Source: Chrysochromulina tobinii (taxonomy: Eukaryota). From it: a DNA stretch of 41,087 nt. Of this stretch, positions 10,938-21,481 are shown one piece after another. The translations under genes and the position numbers were made by a program. Within the stretch, counting starts at the first letter, position 1, and each line of letters starts with the position of its first letter. Under the pieces are notes generated by a model, which saw only the letters and a list, made by a program, of their open reading frames with translations, had not been told where the DNA came from and made no database searches. The stretch lies in contig JWZX01002711.1 of the NCBI GenBank assembly GCA_001275005.1, positions 1 through 41,087 on the forward strand, read 5' to 3'.

Positions 10938-11525
10938 TCAGGATCGGGCAAAGGAGGACAGCGCTGTCTTGAGCTCCTCCAGACGCGCGCCATGCACCGT
11001 GTCGCCCCAGCAACCCTCCTTGTGCTCATACGCGATAGCTCCTTCTGGTGAGAGAGCCCAGACGCCTCCGAGCTTGAAGCCCTCACCTTTCAGATTGCCA
11101 CTCACGCCCTTGGCGTTGGCACGCTCCAGATTTGTGGCCACGGCACCGCCCAACGAGTAAGAAAGGACGCCGCTCAACAAGCCTTGCTTCCCGGAGCCCA
11201 TCGTGTTGAACAAGCCCGTCTTTCCGAGGTCGAAGAACAGCTCACCTTTCCAATATTGGCCGTCCGTCTGCCAGTCTTGGTGGCCCAGGTGCTCGCCCGC
11301 CACCGCGATCAACCTCACAGGTGGCACACGGGAGTCGAGGAAGGTCTTGAGCGACGAGAGCTCCAAGGCCTCCTCCCGGCACAATTGTCAGCCTAGCCTC
11401 CTCACGAGCATGACGACCGCACCGCCGCCCTGGTAGAGCGACGAGAAGGCAATCGAAGCTCCGCTCAAATCGCTGACTGTCGCGCTGGCAATCTCAGCCA
11501 GCTTGTCTCGCACGTGCGTCGGCAT
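10938..11525 (-). CDS. SELENOU: Selenoprotein U / peroxiredoxin-like 2 (AhpC-TSA-like) with in-frame Sec codon
   Basis: Two ORF-track entries join in one frame across TGA 11388-11390: VVMLVRRLG-U-QLCREEA (UxxC, matching the SelU/PRXL2 RRxGU/CxxCREEA motif). C-terminal GNLKGEGFKLGGVW is also family-typical. 195 aa. Confidence 0.88.
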
Positions 11526-12305
11526 GACTCCCCTTGAGTTCTGTAGCCAGTGACGAATGGTCACCAAATGGCACTCAAGGGTCAAGGCGACCCTGGCGGC
11601 GACATGTGGGGAAATGGGTGAGAGACTGATTTCATTCCAGCATTCCCCCGCAACCACCGCACAGCTCATATGACTTATATGACTTCATAACGATACAATT
11701 GTAGAGCGTAGGTCACCTCGCCGCGGGGCGGATCAAGGCGGATCACCGCGCTCGAGGCGGCGGCGGCCGAGCGGACGCGCGGCATTTTCCGGCGCGCACG
11801 CCCACGCCCCCTCTCGAGTCGCTCGCGAGTCGCGCTACTTTGGTCGAGCCCGTGCGTGCTCGGCCGGTCGCGCGGCATAGAGCTCGATTTTACCGACGCA
11901 TACATAAAGTAGCGAAGCCGACATGACTCAAGCCGCATGCGCCCGCGAGCGGCGACCGGACGCCCCCGGTCGCCCCCGGACCCGTCGCCGGCTTCGGTGA
12001 TGGTCCACCTCGGGCGGGGAACGTCTCTTTTCAGTCACCGCGGTTGTCCGCGCCGTATCCGCGCCGCCCCTTGCGGCGCCCCCCGTTTTTGACGCCTGAC
12101 GTTGAGGCCCGGTTGCCCCACTGTGATTATAAGGACCCTAAGCAGGCCCGGACCCGAGACGATGCAGCACACACACATACAATGCACCCCCCACAGACTC
12201 TCACATAGACTCTCACATCCTCTGCAACGATGGCCCACCCCGCATGCGCCCCGTGCGACAGTACTGCTGGTGCTGCTACTGCGCGCGCCGATCACGCTCA
12301 CTCGC

Positions 12306-12884
12306 TCAGCCCCACCGCTTGTCGCCCATCAGGCTGCGGTGCTTGTTGATGCTGTCGTCGACCTTCCCGTCAGCCGAGCCATCCATCATGTCAAGCATCA
12401 TCGCGATATTCGACAAAGGCATCTTCGTGAGCATCAGCGGCGGCGCCTCCGACTCAGGCATGAAAGAGCCATCCGTCTTGCCAATATCCTCCACAAAGTC
12501 CATCCACGCGATGGACTCGAACGCGCCCGGGCGGTGCCGGTCCTCGGCACCCGTGCCGTACGCGTTGTCGAGTGCGAGCAGGTCCTCCTCCGAGAAGATG
12601 AGGTCCTTCTCGAATAGAATGACGATCGTCGAGTTCCAGCGCTGCGTATTCATGGTGCCGTACCGCGTGCCACCCTGCTGGGTCATGACGCTGGTCAGAT
12701 CGAGGTTGCGCAGGTCCACCTGGCGCCTGATCTTTTTTAGCAGCGGCTTGAGCGACTCTGGAGGGTCGCGCACGCGGTCGATGGTGCCGTCCGAATCGCG
12801 GTTGTTGCCCTGCATCATATTCTTTGGGCCCTTCTTTAGCAGATCGTAGTTGTTCATCAGCGCGAGCATCTCTTGCGCCGACAT
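12306..12884 (-). CDS. Hypothetical protein, possibly degenerate EF-hand-like
   Basis: Strong coding-like codon usage. Segments G-T-M-N-T-Q-R-W and IAWMDFVEDI resemble a non-canonical EF-hand pair; DMMDGSADGKVD near the C-terminus. Confidence 0.6.
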   Translation of the reverse strand: MSAQEMLALMNNYDLLKKGPKNMMQGNNRDSDGTIDRVRDPPESLKPLLKKIRRQVDLRNLDLTSVMTQQGGTRYGTMNTQRWNSTIVILFEKDLIFSEEDLLALDNAYGTGAEDRHRPGAFESIAWMDFVEDIGKTDGSFMPESEAPPLMLTKMPLSNIAMMLDMMDGSADGKVDDSINKHRSLMGDKRWG

Positions 12885-13238
12885 GGCTGCTGCTGCTGTT
12901 TGCGGCTGATGTGGGTGCACGTCCTGGTGCTGGGCTGCTAGCGCCTAAGCAGAAGAGGCCGTCACTGCCAATGTCCACGCCAAAGTTTGACAGCCAAAGT
13001 TTGGTTTCGTTTCGAAACTACAAGGAAGTCTCCCCCGAACCCCTTTGATGCAAATGACTGTCCAGTGTTCTCAAAAAATACGTTGCGACTACAAAAGGGG
13101 TCACTCTCGCCGTCGCGCAGCTAGGAGGATGGAGCTCAACCAGCCTGAGTGTCCCTATGCAGTTTTCAGATGGGATGAAACTGCAAACTCCTTGCCTTCC
13201 TAGATTTTTCGTCCGCGTTCAGGCAAGAACCATCGAGC

Positions 13239-13751
13239 TCAGCCATCGTGATCAGTGCTCGGCCGGTATCGTGAAAACTCCATCGTGAGTGCGACCTCTC
13301 CTTGCGTGAGAGAGCGAAGCGCGTTCGCGTAGCCGACAAGCGCCGAGAGGGGCACCTCAGCATGCACCACGTGGCGCTCGTCGGCGCTCTGGCCGCACTC
13401 AGCTGGCGAGATGAGCTCGAGCACGTCACCGCGCCGCTTGCCTGTGAGCTCGCGGAGCACCGCCCCAACATGCTTCTCCGGCGCACGAAGCTCCACAGCC
13501 ATCAGCGGCTCGAGCAGCACGGGCGCCGCCTGCTCGGCGGCGGCCGGCAGCGCCTCCGCGCAGGCCTTGCGCAGCGCATCGGGTGCCGTGCCCTTGGGCC
13601 GTCGTATCGAGAGGAGCGTTGCGCGCACGCCGTGAAGGGGATAGCCACGGACAGGCCCATATTGGGCAGCTGCCTGAAGGCCTTCGAAGGCCGCGTCAAG
13701 CTCTCGACGGGTGAGGAATTCTCGCACTCCCTGCGTCGCAGCGCACTGAAA

Positions 13752-13791
<40 letters not shown>

Positions 13792-16197
13792 GCCCCGCCG
13801 CCGCCAGACCCTCCGCCGCCGCCAGCCCCTCCGCTGCCAGCCCCTACAGCAGCGATGCCTTCGGGGTTGGCAACCCAGGCGGCGGCGGCGGAAGTGGGGC
13901 GGAGGGAGAGGCGTACGTGGATCTCTTTCTCGGCGCCGGGGGTGGCCGCGTGAGAGCTCTCATGCACCAGCGCCTCAGCCAGTCCCTCACGATAAGCTAC
14001 CTGCCCACGTGGCCATAAGGAGGTGAAGGGCGAGGGTCAGAGTGAGGGGAAGGGCGAGGGGAAGGGCGAGGGGAAGGGCGAGGGGAAGGGCGAGGGGAAG
14101 GCGAGTGGAAGGGCGAGGGCTCGGATGAGGGCTCGAGTGGAAGGCTCGGGTGCAAGGTGCGATGTGATCTGGACGCGCCACCTGCATGGGACCCGTGTAG
14201 AGCTCGAGCTTGTGCTCGCGCCGGATCCGCTCAGCGACCACCTCGAGATGCAGCTCGCCCATCCCGCCGAGCAGCTGCTGCCCAGTAGTAGGGTCGAGCC
14301 GCACCACGAGTGAAGGGTCCTGTGAGGAGATCGTGCGGAGATCGTGCGGAGATCGTGCGGAGATCGTGAGGAGATCGTGATGAAGAGCGCAATCAGCGGC
14401 AACAAGGGCATCAAGGGCAATCAAGGGAGAGCGCACCTCGAGGCAGAGTGCCTCGAGCGCCGCGTCGAGCGCGGGCTGCTGTACCGCAGAGCCCACTTCG
14501 ACAGCTGTGAAGAAGACGGGCGTGGGGACCCGCAACACAGGCTGCAGAGCGATCTCCGCCCACTCGGCCGCTGGGCGCACCACCAGTGTGTCGCCCGTGC
14601 GCGTGTGGCGCAGGCCCACGGCGGCGCAGATGGCGCCCGGCCCGACGCTCTGCAGATCCACCGTCTCCTCCCCATGCATCTGTACCAAACGGGTTGGCCT
14701 CTCCTCGAGGCCGTTACGGCCGTTGAACATCGTGACGCCCGGAGCGAGCTCGCCAGCGTATGTGCGCAGCCACACGAAGGGTTTCTTCGAGCGCCGATCA
14801 TACACGACCTTAAAGGCGAGCGCCACCGCGGCTCCCGCCGCATCCAGTGGCACCGCCACCGCCGCCATACTGCTTCCGTCAACGCCGCCACCGCCGCCCC
14901 CACCGCCGCCCCCGCCCCCGCCACCACCACCACCGCCGGCCCCACTGCCCCCACCACCGCTACCCCCACTCCCAGCCCGCCTGCCCGCCTCAGTGCTGGC
15001 GTTGGAATTGGCGGCCACGGCCAAGAGCGTCGGCATGGCTCGGTCGAGGGGAGACGGCAAGTAATGGCAGATGGCATCCAGGAGTGCTTCCACGCCCACG
15101 CCGTGAAGTGAGGCGCCGCACAGTGCGGGGACTGCAGCGCCCGCCAATGTGAGCCGACGCACCTGCGGACAGAGAGGCAATCGCACCGGCAGCCCACGGG
15201 GCATAAAGAAATCAGATCAAGAGGCAATCAAAGGCAATCAAAGGCAATCAAGCGGTCCTCACAGGCAATCACACAGGCTCTGGAGGCATACCGCCGCACG
15301 CAGCTGTGCAGATGTCACGTTGGACTCTTCGAGGTACATCGCCGCCACGTCGCCCTCGGGCTCCAGCTCTGCTACAGCCTCGACGAGGGCACGCCGCGCG
15401 CCGGCCGCCGCCTCCAGCACCTCCGCCGGCAGCGTCGCCGCGGGCACCAATGCCGCGGCAACCGCCCCGTCGCAACCGTCGATCGTGAGAGGCAGTCTCA
15501 CGAGGGTGAGAGCGGCGCCGCGCTGTGCGCGGCCGCCCTGCTTCGCCTCCGACGGCCGGTATACGAGCGCCTCCATCTCGATCAGGTCCACCGCGCCGCC
15601 CACGATGCCCTCGGCCGTGGTGAGAGGCAGCTGCACAGCCAAGGGCATGATGTTGAGCCGCTGGCGTAGCGACGCAAGCGCAGCATCGAAGCGCGCGCCC
15701 TCGCGGTCCATTTTGTTGATGAAGGCGACGGCGGGCACGCCGTGCGAGCGTGCCTGTCGCCACACCGTCTCCGTCTGCGCTTGCGCACCCGCCACCGCGT
15801 CCACGATCAGAACCGCGCCGTCGAGCACCCGCGTCGTGCGCTCCACCTCGATCGTGAAGTCGACGTGGCCGGGCGTGTCGATGAGGCAGATGCCGAAGCG
15901 CGTGGCCGCCGCGGCCGCCGTCCAGTCGAAGCGGGTCGCAGCCGCCTGGATTGTGATGCCGCGCTCGCGCTCCTGCTCCATGAAGTCCATGACGGTGTCG
16001 CCAGTGTCCACGCCGCCGGCAGAGCGCGTCATGCCCGCCAGAAGCAGCATGCGCTCCGTGGTGGTGGTCTTGCCCGCGTCTATATGCGCGATGATACCCA
16101 CGTTACGCGTGGTGGCCAAGCCTGACAGCTCGCGGCGGAGGAGCTGACAGCTCGCGGCGCGGCGGATGAGCAGCCCCGCCGAGCACGGGTGACGCAT
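13239..16197 (-). CDS. GFM2: Mitochondrial elongation factor G2 / ribosome-releasing factor 2
   Basis: [63 protein letters not shown] and LLEPLM motifs. Introns 15163-15291, 14320-14436 and 14001-14181. Poly-Gly insertions. Arg-rich N-terminus consistent with mitochondrial targeting. Confidence 0.85.
14044..14120 (+). repeat. Intronic tandem 12-mer (GAGGGGAAGGGC)n
   Basis: About five units within EF-G2 intron 14001-14181. Confidence 0.85.
14326..14380 (+). repeat. Intronic tandem 11-mer (GGAGATCGTGC)n
   Basis: Visible within EF-G2 intron 14320-14436. Confidence 0.85.
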
Positions 16198-16236
16198 CGA
16201 AAAACTTTACGAAGTGTGAATCAAAGTGTGAAACAT

Positions 16237-16349
16237 ATTCTTCCCCACCCCCGTTGGAACACCGGGAGGGAAGCCTCTGAGATTAACCGCCCGCGTGAAA
16301 ATAGCGCGCGCGCGACCCGATAGGTTTTGGCCGGCGGACCCTTTTTTTG
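16237..16349. repeat. Dispersed ~113-bp repeat, copy 1 (possible non-autonomous element terminus)
   Basis: Nearly identical to 26986-27101, differing by one GC unit, one substitution and T7 vs T8. Followed by a (GT/GTCT)n microsatellite at 16349-16383. Confidence 0.9.
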
Positions 16350-16414
16350 TGTGTCTGTGTGTGTGTCTGTGTGTCTGTGTGTCGGCCAGTCTGTCGTCCC
16401 AAATTTGGATTCAA

Positions 16415-17049
16415 CAGCCTACCGGTTTGAGAGAAAAGAGATTGTCCGATTTCCACCTTATCCATTTTGCTCGTCTGCCTCGCGGAGCCTCGCGGAGCCT
16501 CGCGCGCCCAGTTCTCGACAAAGTAGACCCGTGGTCGAGCCACAGCTCATAGAAGATGTGTTCGTATGTTGCACCCGCTTCCTAAGAATGTATATTCATT
16601 GCGTCTCGTCGCGACATTGGCCATCACTCTTCATGCAACAAAATGCTGGTCCTGATCGGGCAAGGCTTGTCGCCGTCAAGCTCGCCAATGGCAAAGAGCC
16701 GAAAGATTCCCGGCTTCCTGCGACCTATAATCGCTATCGCAATGGCGTACCCCTACCTGGCATCTTTTGGCTCTTTGCCATTGGCGAGCTTGACGGCGAC
16801 AAGCATTGCGCGATCATGGACCAGCATTTTGGCGCTTGAGTGGTGATGGCCAATGTCGCTACGAGACGCAATGAATATACATTCTTAGGAAGCGGGTGCA
16901 ACTCTGCAACACACGAACACATCTTCTATGAGCTGCGGCTCGACCACGAGTCTATTTTATCGAGATCTGGGCGCGCGAGGCTCCGCGGGGCTGACGAGCA
17001 AAATGGATAGGACTGAACTCGGACGGTGAGGGCTAAAACCGGTAGGCTG
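16415..17049. mobile_element. Long imperfect inverted repeat (foldback), probable non-autonomous DNA element
   Basis: Arms ~16459-16713 and ~16756-17009 include perfect 42-nt and 36-nt complementary blocks. Outer pair 16415-16428 / 17036-17049; spacer ~42 nt. The mobile-element identity is inference. Confidence 0.7.
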
Positions 17050-17337
17050 CTTTTGGAAACCTTTTTTCCTGATTGATGCAGAAAAGATTCGGTCTGAACG
17101 ACTAAGGGAAAAACCTGTAACCACGGTCGCTGCTCTGGGGCAGGGAAATGCAAGGACAGATCGGGCACCATTGCATGCTTACGGACTCGCACACCCGTCA
17201 TGAGCGTGCGTGCGTCAAGAGCTCGCTAGGGGCCCTGACCCTTACACAGGGACTGTGAACCGCTCGGCCACTTGCGAGAGTCTTGCGAGGGACTGTGAAC
17301 GAGTATCTGTATTTTTCAGATGTGGAACGACACACGC

Positions 17338-18588
17338 TCAGTCCGTCTTTTTCGTCGCTGCTGGCCGGAGCGTGGCGGACGTACTCGCGACTTGAGCCAC
17401 GCACGCGCCGACGAATGCAAAGCCAGCTGAGAGACATGCTGGTGCGACAGGCCCCACGTGCTCGTACGCGGGCCCGCCGAGGAGCGGTGCGGCGACACCA
17501 CACCCCTTTTCCACCGATCCGAGCAGCCCAATCATCAGGCCGAGTCGGTCTTGGCTTGCGAGATTGGCCGTGAGAGATTTGAGAAGGGTATGGGTGAGCC
17601 CCTGCCCGAGGTTGAGCACCGCATAGCTCGCGAGGATCGTGAGCGTTGGCGGAAGCACCGACGCGGCCGCAATCCCGAGTCTGCCAACGGCCGTGCATGC
17701 ATACGCGAGGGTGAGCAGCCTCGCCGCGTTACTGCCACGGCCTGTGATGCGGGGGATCACCGCCAGATTGAAGAAGGAGAAGACCCAGCCCGCGTAGCCG
17801 AGGAGAAAGCCGCGCTCGGCCGCGCTGTAGCCGAGGGCATCCATCATGTACAGCGCGGAAGTCGCGTCATACACTTGGAAGGAGGAGGCCGCAATGGCTT
17901 GGAGCAGTAACAGCAGCCGCATGTTGCGCTCGCTCAGAGCGTCGCGCAGTGCGGACCACCAGCGCACGCGACTGGGCGTGTGGCTCGTGCTGCTTACGGG
18001 CGTTGGGCCTGCATTCGCTGGCTTTGCCCTCGACGGCAGTCGCAAGGTGCAAAGCACCGACAAGACGCTCATCGTGCCAATGAGTGTCAGGTTGGCGCTC
18101 GGTCCGCCCCTGCTTACAAGAAAGCCTCCAAAGCCGCTTCCCGTCGCGTAGCCGAAGCCACACGTCGCCATCGTGCGCGATACCCGGCTAGAGGTGTCGG
18201 CCTCGTCTTCCACCAGCAGCGCGATGAGCGGTCCGTTAAGTGCGGCCCGGCCGACCCCGCTGAGGACGCGGCCAATTGACGGCAGCCACAGCCGCGCCAC
18301 CGTGAAGCGAGGGTTCCCATCGAGTGCGAAGCCAGCTATGTAGCACCCATACCCTATGAGAGTGCACAGCGTGCTCGCGATGAGTGCGGCGCGCCGGCCG
18401 TGAACATCAGAGAGGCGGCCAAAGAGAGTGCTTGCAACCAGAGCGGCAGCATTTGCAGTGGACTGCAGCACAGCGAAGAGCGTGGCTCCCAATACGTCAC
18501 CCTGCACGAGCTGTGGGTAGATCGGGTTGACGAGCCCGACAGTGAACGTGTCGAGGAAGGTGATGGCGAAGGCTAGGTGGTCGGCCAT
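17338..18588 (-). CDS. Major facilitator superfamily transporter (DHA1/TetA-like)
   Basis: Motif A FGRLSDVHGRR, about 12 hydrophobic segments, intronless 416 aa. Confidence 0.9.
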   Translation of the reverse strand: MADHLAFAITFLDTFTVGLVNPIYPQLVQGDVLGATLFAVLQSTANAAALVASTLFGRLSDVHGRRAALIASTLCTLIGYGCYIAGFALDGNPRFTVARLWLPSIGRVLSGVGRAALNGPLIALLVEDEADTSSRVSRTMATCGFGYATGSGFGGFLVSRGGPSANLTLIGTMSVLSVLCTLRLPSRAKPANAGPTPVSSTSHTPSRVRWWSALRDALSERNMRLLLLLQAIAASSFQVYDATSALYMMDALGYSAAERGFLLGYAGWVFSFFNLAVIPRITGRGSNAARLLTLAYACTAVGRLGIAAASVLPPTLTILASYAVLNLGQGLTHTLLKSLTANLASQDRLGLMIGLLGSVEKGCGVAAPLLGGPAYEHVGPVAPACLSAGFAFVGACVAQVASTSATLRPAATKKTD

Positions 18589-18989
18589 TCCTCGGTAGGA
18601 AACGCCGCGGCGTTAAAAAGCCGGTCGATTGCATAAGGATCCGTCCATCGTACTTGCTCACGGAGAACGCAGCGCAGGGAAGCGCGTAGTGTGTGGTGAA
18701 AAACTTGCTGTGAAAACTTACTGTGATGAAAGGCGCAAATTGACTCGGAGCTCCATCCAGCTCACACAGGTTTGCGATGCCGCCGCGGACCGGCCTTCTC
18801 CTGCGACGGCGCGCGTCACGCTCCGTGGCCCATGGTCCGCGCCTGACGCGCATCGCGCCCTCGCGGCGACTACTCTGCCACTCTGCGACAGCAATCGATA
18901 CGTGACGCTTCGGAAGCGCCAACAAAGAAGTGCTCCACCGTGACCTTTGCTGCGCTCGTCTCTCTGTTGGCAGACCTACCGCCGTCAAA

Positions 18990-19610
18990 ATGATTGCCGC
19001 TCTCGCCCTCCAGACCACCGCCTTCCAGATGCCGGCCCTCAAGGCCCCGACGCGCGCCATGGGCGCCTCCATGGGCTTCAAGGAGGGCGACATTGGCGTC
19101 CTCCCGCCGCTGGGCGTCTTTGACCCGCTGGGCCTCATCTCGTCGCGCGACATGCAGCGCTACGAGATTATGGAGATCAAGCACGGCCGCGCGGCCATGA
19201 TGGGCTTCCTCCATGTCATCCTGGTCCAGGGCGGCGCGCGCTTCCCGGGCTACCTGTCCACGTCGGCGGGCCTCAAGTTCGCCGATGTCCCCAGCGGCTG
19301 CTTCGAGTCGCTCGAGGCGCTCCCCACGGCGGCCTGGCTGCAGATCATGACGGTCACTTGCATGATGGAGTCGGGCTACTTCCTCTTCGAGGCGCAGGAC
19401 CCCAAGGGCGAGCCCGGCAACATTGGCGGCGAGGCCTGGGTGCGCTACGACGACCCTGCGACGAAGGCTTTCAAGCTTAACATTGAGCGCCAGAACGGCC
19501 GCGCGGCGATGATGGGCATCACCGGCTGCCTGGTCCACGAGCTCCTCGGTGTCAACGCCCTTTACCCGACGGGTGGCCTGGGCGGCGCGGCCCCGCCCAC
19601 CATTTTCTAA
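18990..19610 (+). CDS. Light-harvesting fucoxanthin-chlorophyll a/c-binding protein (LHC)
   Basis: FDPLGL, EIKHGRAAM and ERQNGRAAMMG helices; signal peptide ending TAF. Possible 5'UTR intron at ~18770-18973. Confidence 0.95.
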   Translation: MIAALALQTTAFQMPALKAPTRAMGASMGFKEGDIGVLPPLGVFDPLGLISSRDMQRYEIMEIKHGRAAMMGFLHVILVQGGARFPGYLSTSAGLKFADVPSGCFESLEALPTAAWLQIMTVTCMMESGYFLFEAQDPKGEPGNIGGEAWVRYDDPATKAFKLNIERQNGRAAMMGITGCLVHELLGVNALYPTGGLGGAAPPTIF

Positions 19611-20077
19611 GCGGCGATGGAACGCGATCGATAGGATCGCGCGTGCGTCAACACGCGCGCTAGTGGCTCGAGAGTGATGAGTCCCACGACTGTGTGTACC
19701 AGAGGAGGCGGACCGGAGTGGCGAGTACGTTTGTGCTTGGTCCATCGCGCATGCACTCATATTCATATTCAAAGTCCATTTTTCACGCCGATCATCCCCT
19801 CAGGTCCCGATCGGGAGTCGGAACTTTGGTCCGGAACGTTACGTACTGAAAACGGTGACCCACTGACCCTGAGCCTGAGGGCAGACCACGGCGCTTTACG
19901 GTGACGCTACGTGTGCTGTGGGGCCCAGAGTAAGAGTCCGATTGAACTTCCGAGAACGTCCTCCGGCGTAGGTCCTCGCCACTAGTCTCTAGTGGCTGGC
20001 GGTCCCTGACCTGAGCTGGAGCCGTAGCAGCATATTGCTCTGAGCGGGATGCTTGGCAGGCAGTGTACTGCCCCTAC

Positions 20078-21208
20078 TCAGTGGACCTCTACCGCTGGGC
20101 TCGACTCCAGCGCTGTATCGAGCGGAGCAGGCGAGGGAGGCGGCGGGACGGGAGTGCTGCTCGAGTGGCCGACTGTCGCGACGGCGCTCACAGCAGCACG
20201 CAGCATGGGCGGGAGCGTCTCGGCTCCAGGGCGCAAGCACCAGGTGCGATCAAACTGGCCCTCCCAGTTCGGAACATCTTGGAAGCCCTCGACTACCTCG
20301 GATAGCAGCGCGGGGCGCCACGGGCCCGCCCAAAAGGAGGTCGACCCCGTAACCCCGCCACGGCTCTCGCCTACGAAGAGGATGGGCAGGCCGCGCTCAA
20401 TGCAATGCTCGGCGACCAGCCGATCCTCGCCGTGTGCCATCGATGTGGCTGCGGCGGCGGCCGCGGCCGCCGCCGCTCGTGCAGACTCCGATTCGGATAC
20501 ACATTGCGCCGGCACCTCGGCGCAGAGCGCCGGCGGTGCTGTTGTCGCCGCGGCCGCGGCCATGGGCGTGGCGCCCTCTGACCACCACGACCAGAAGACG
20601 GCGCTCGGCTCCAGTTTCCGCACCGCGTCAAGCGCGGCAAGCTCGAGCGGCTGCGACACCGCCGTCTCGCGCAAGGTGACGTCCGTCGCCACCCACTGCG
20701 CATTCCACCAAGGACGAGCGAGGGAGGGACGCGCGGAGGTGAGTGTGGCGTACTGAAACGAGGGCGCGGTTCAAAGGCAGCCGCGCACATCAAACCCACG
20801 TGCACGCATCGGTGCAGCGAGCGTATTCTCGCCCGCACACACCTCAAGCACGCGCTTGCCTTGCAGCCCAAGGGTCGTCAGAAAGGCAGCGACTCCGTCT
20901 ATCCACTCGGTGGTGAAGACGGCCCATGAGACCTTGCTCGTGAAGAGGAACCGCAGGATGGATGGCAACTTCTTTTTTGAGGACAGGGCGCGTACGACCT
21001 CCGACTCAGCGTCACCCACGATGGCACCCGAGAGGAGGCGCATTGCCATTGCGTGGCTCAGCTGCCCTCTGCGGGCGAGATCAAGGAGGGGCTCGCAAAG
21101 CTCCTGCAAGAGTTCACCGCGCGTCGGTTCGCCCTTCGTAATCGCACGCTTTCTCAACGCCTGCAGTCCGACGAGCGACAGCACCATTGCGGTAGCAGAC
21201 TCAGCCAT
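20078..21208 (-). CDS. Hypothetical protein with SAM-dependent methyltransferase-like motif, 2 exons
   Basis: GT-AG intron 20696-20788 joins RVLEVCAGENTLAAPMRARGFD to WVATD (motif I and post-I like), followed by AVFWSW and LFVGESRGGVTGS. Confidence 0.65.
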
Positions 21209-21481
21209 TGTTCGGCAGTCGGAGGGCAAGGAGACTACAATGAGTCGGGAGTCGTCGGAAGGCCGCGAAAGTTACGCCGGCGTCTGCATGAAACGGTGCT
21301 GGATCGCAACCAGAACCTCGCTTGGTCCCCCTCGAAGACTCTTGTTTTTTTCAGAAAACGACCTAAGTTAGAACCGCGGCATTTTGGGACATCGGCCGTC
21401 TCTATCATTAGTGGGCCTCAAAGCCCTCTGGTCATTTTCGCGGGTGAGAGGAGAGCCGGCTGAGCAGATCCAGAGGGCGGG

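Noticed and set aside
11700..12140. GC-rich intergenic tract ending in TATAAGGACCCTA, like one end of a hAT/MITE
   Set aside because: No matching second terminal repeat or target-site duplication found.
13750..14975. Poly-Gly (GGC)n inserts in EF-G2 and the stop-free 117-nt intron 14320-14436
   Set aside because: Low-complexity loop expansions are ordinary here. The in-frame segment has canonical GT-AG ends and interrupts a conserved EF-G motif (LE|DPS), so it is treated as an intron.
16327..17201. ORFs with mirrored peptide segments (LSPSSSPMAKS on both strands)
   Set aside because: A by-product of the inverted repeat; no coding signature.
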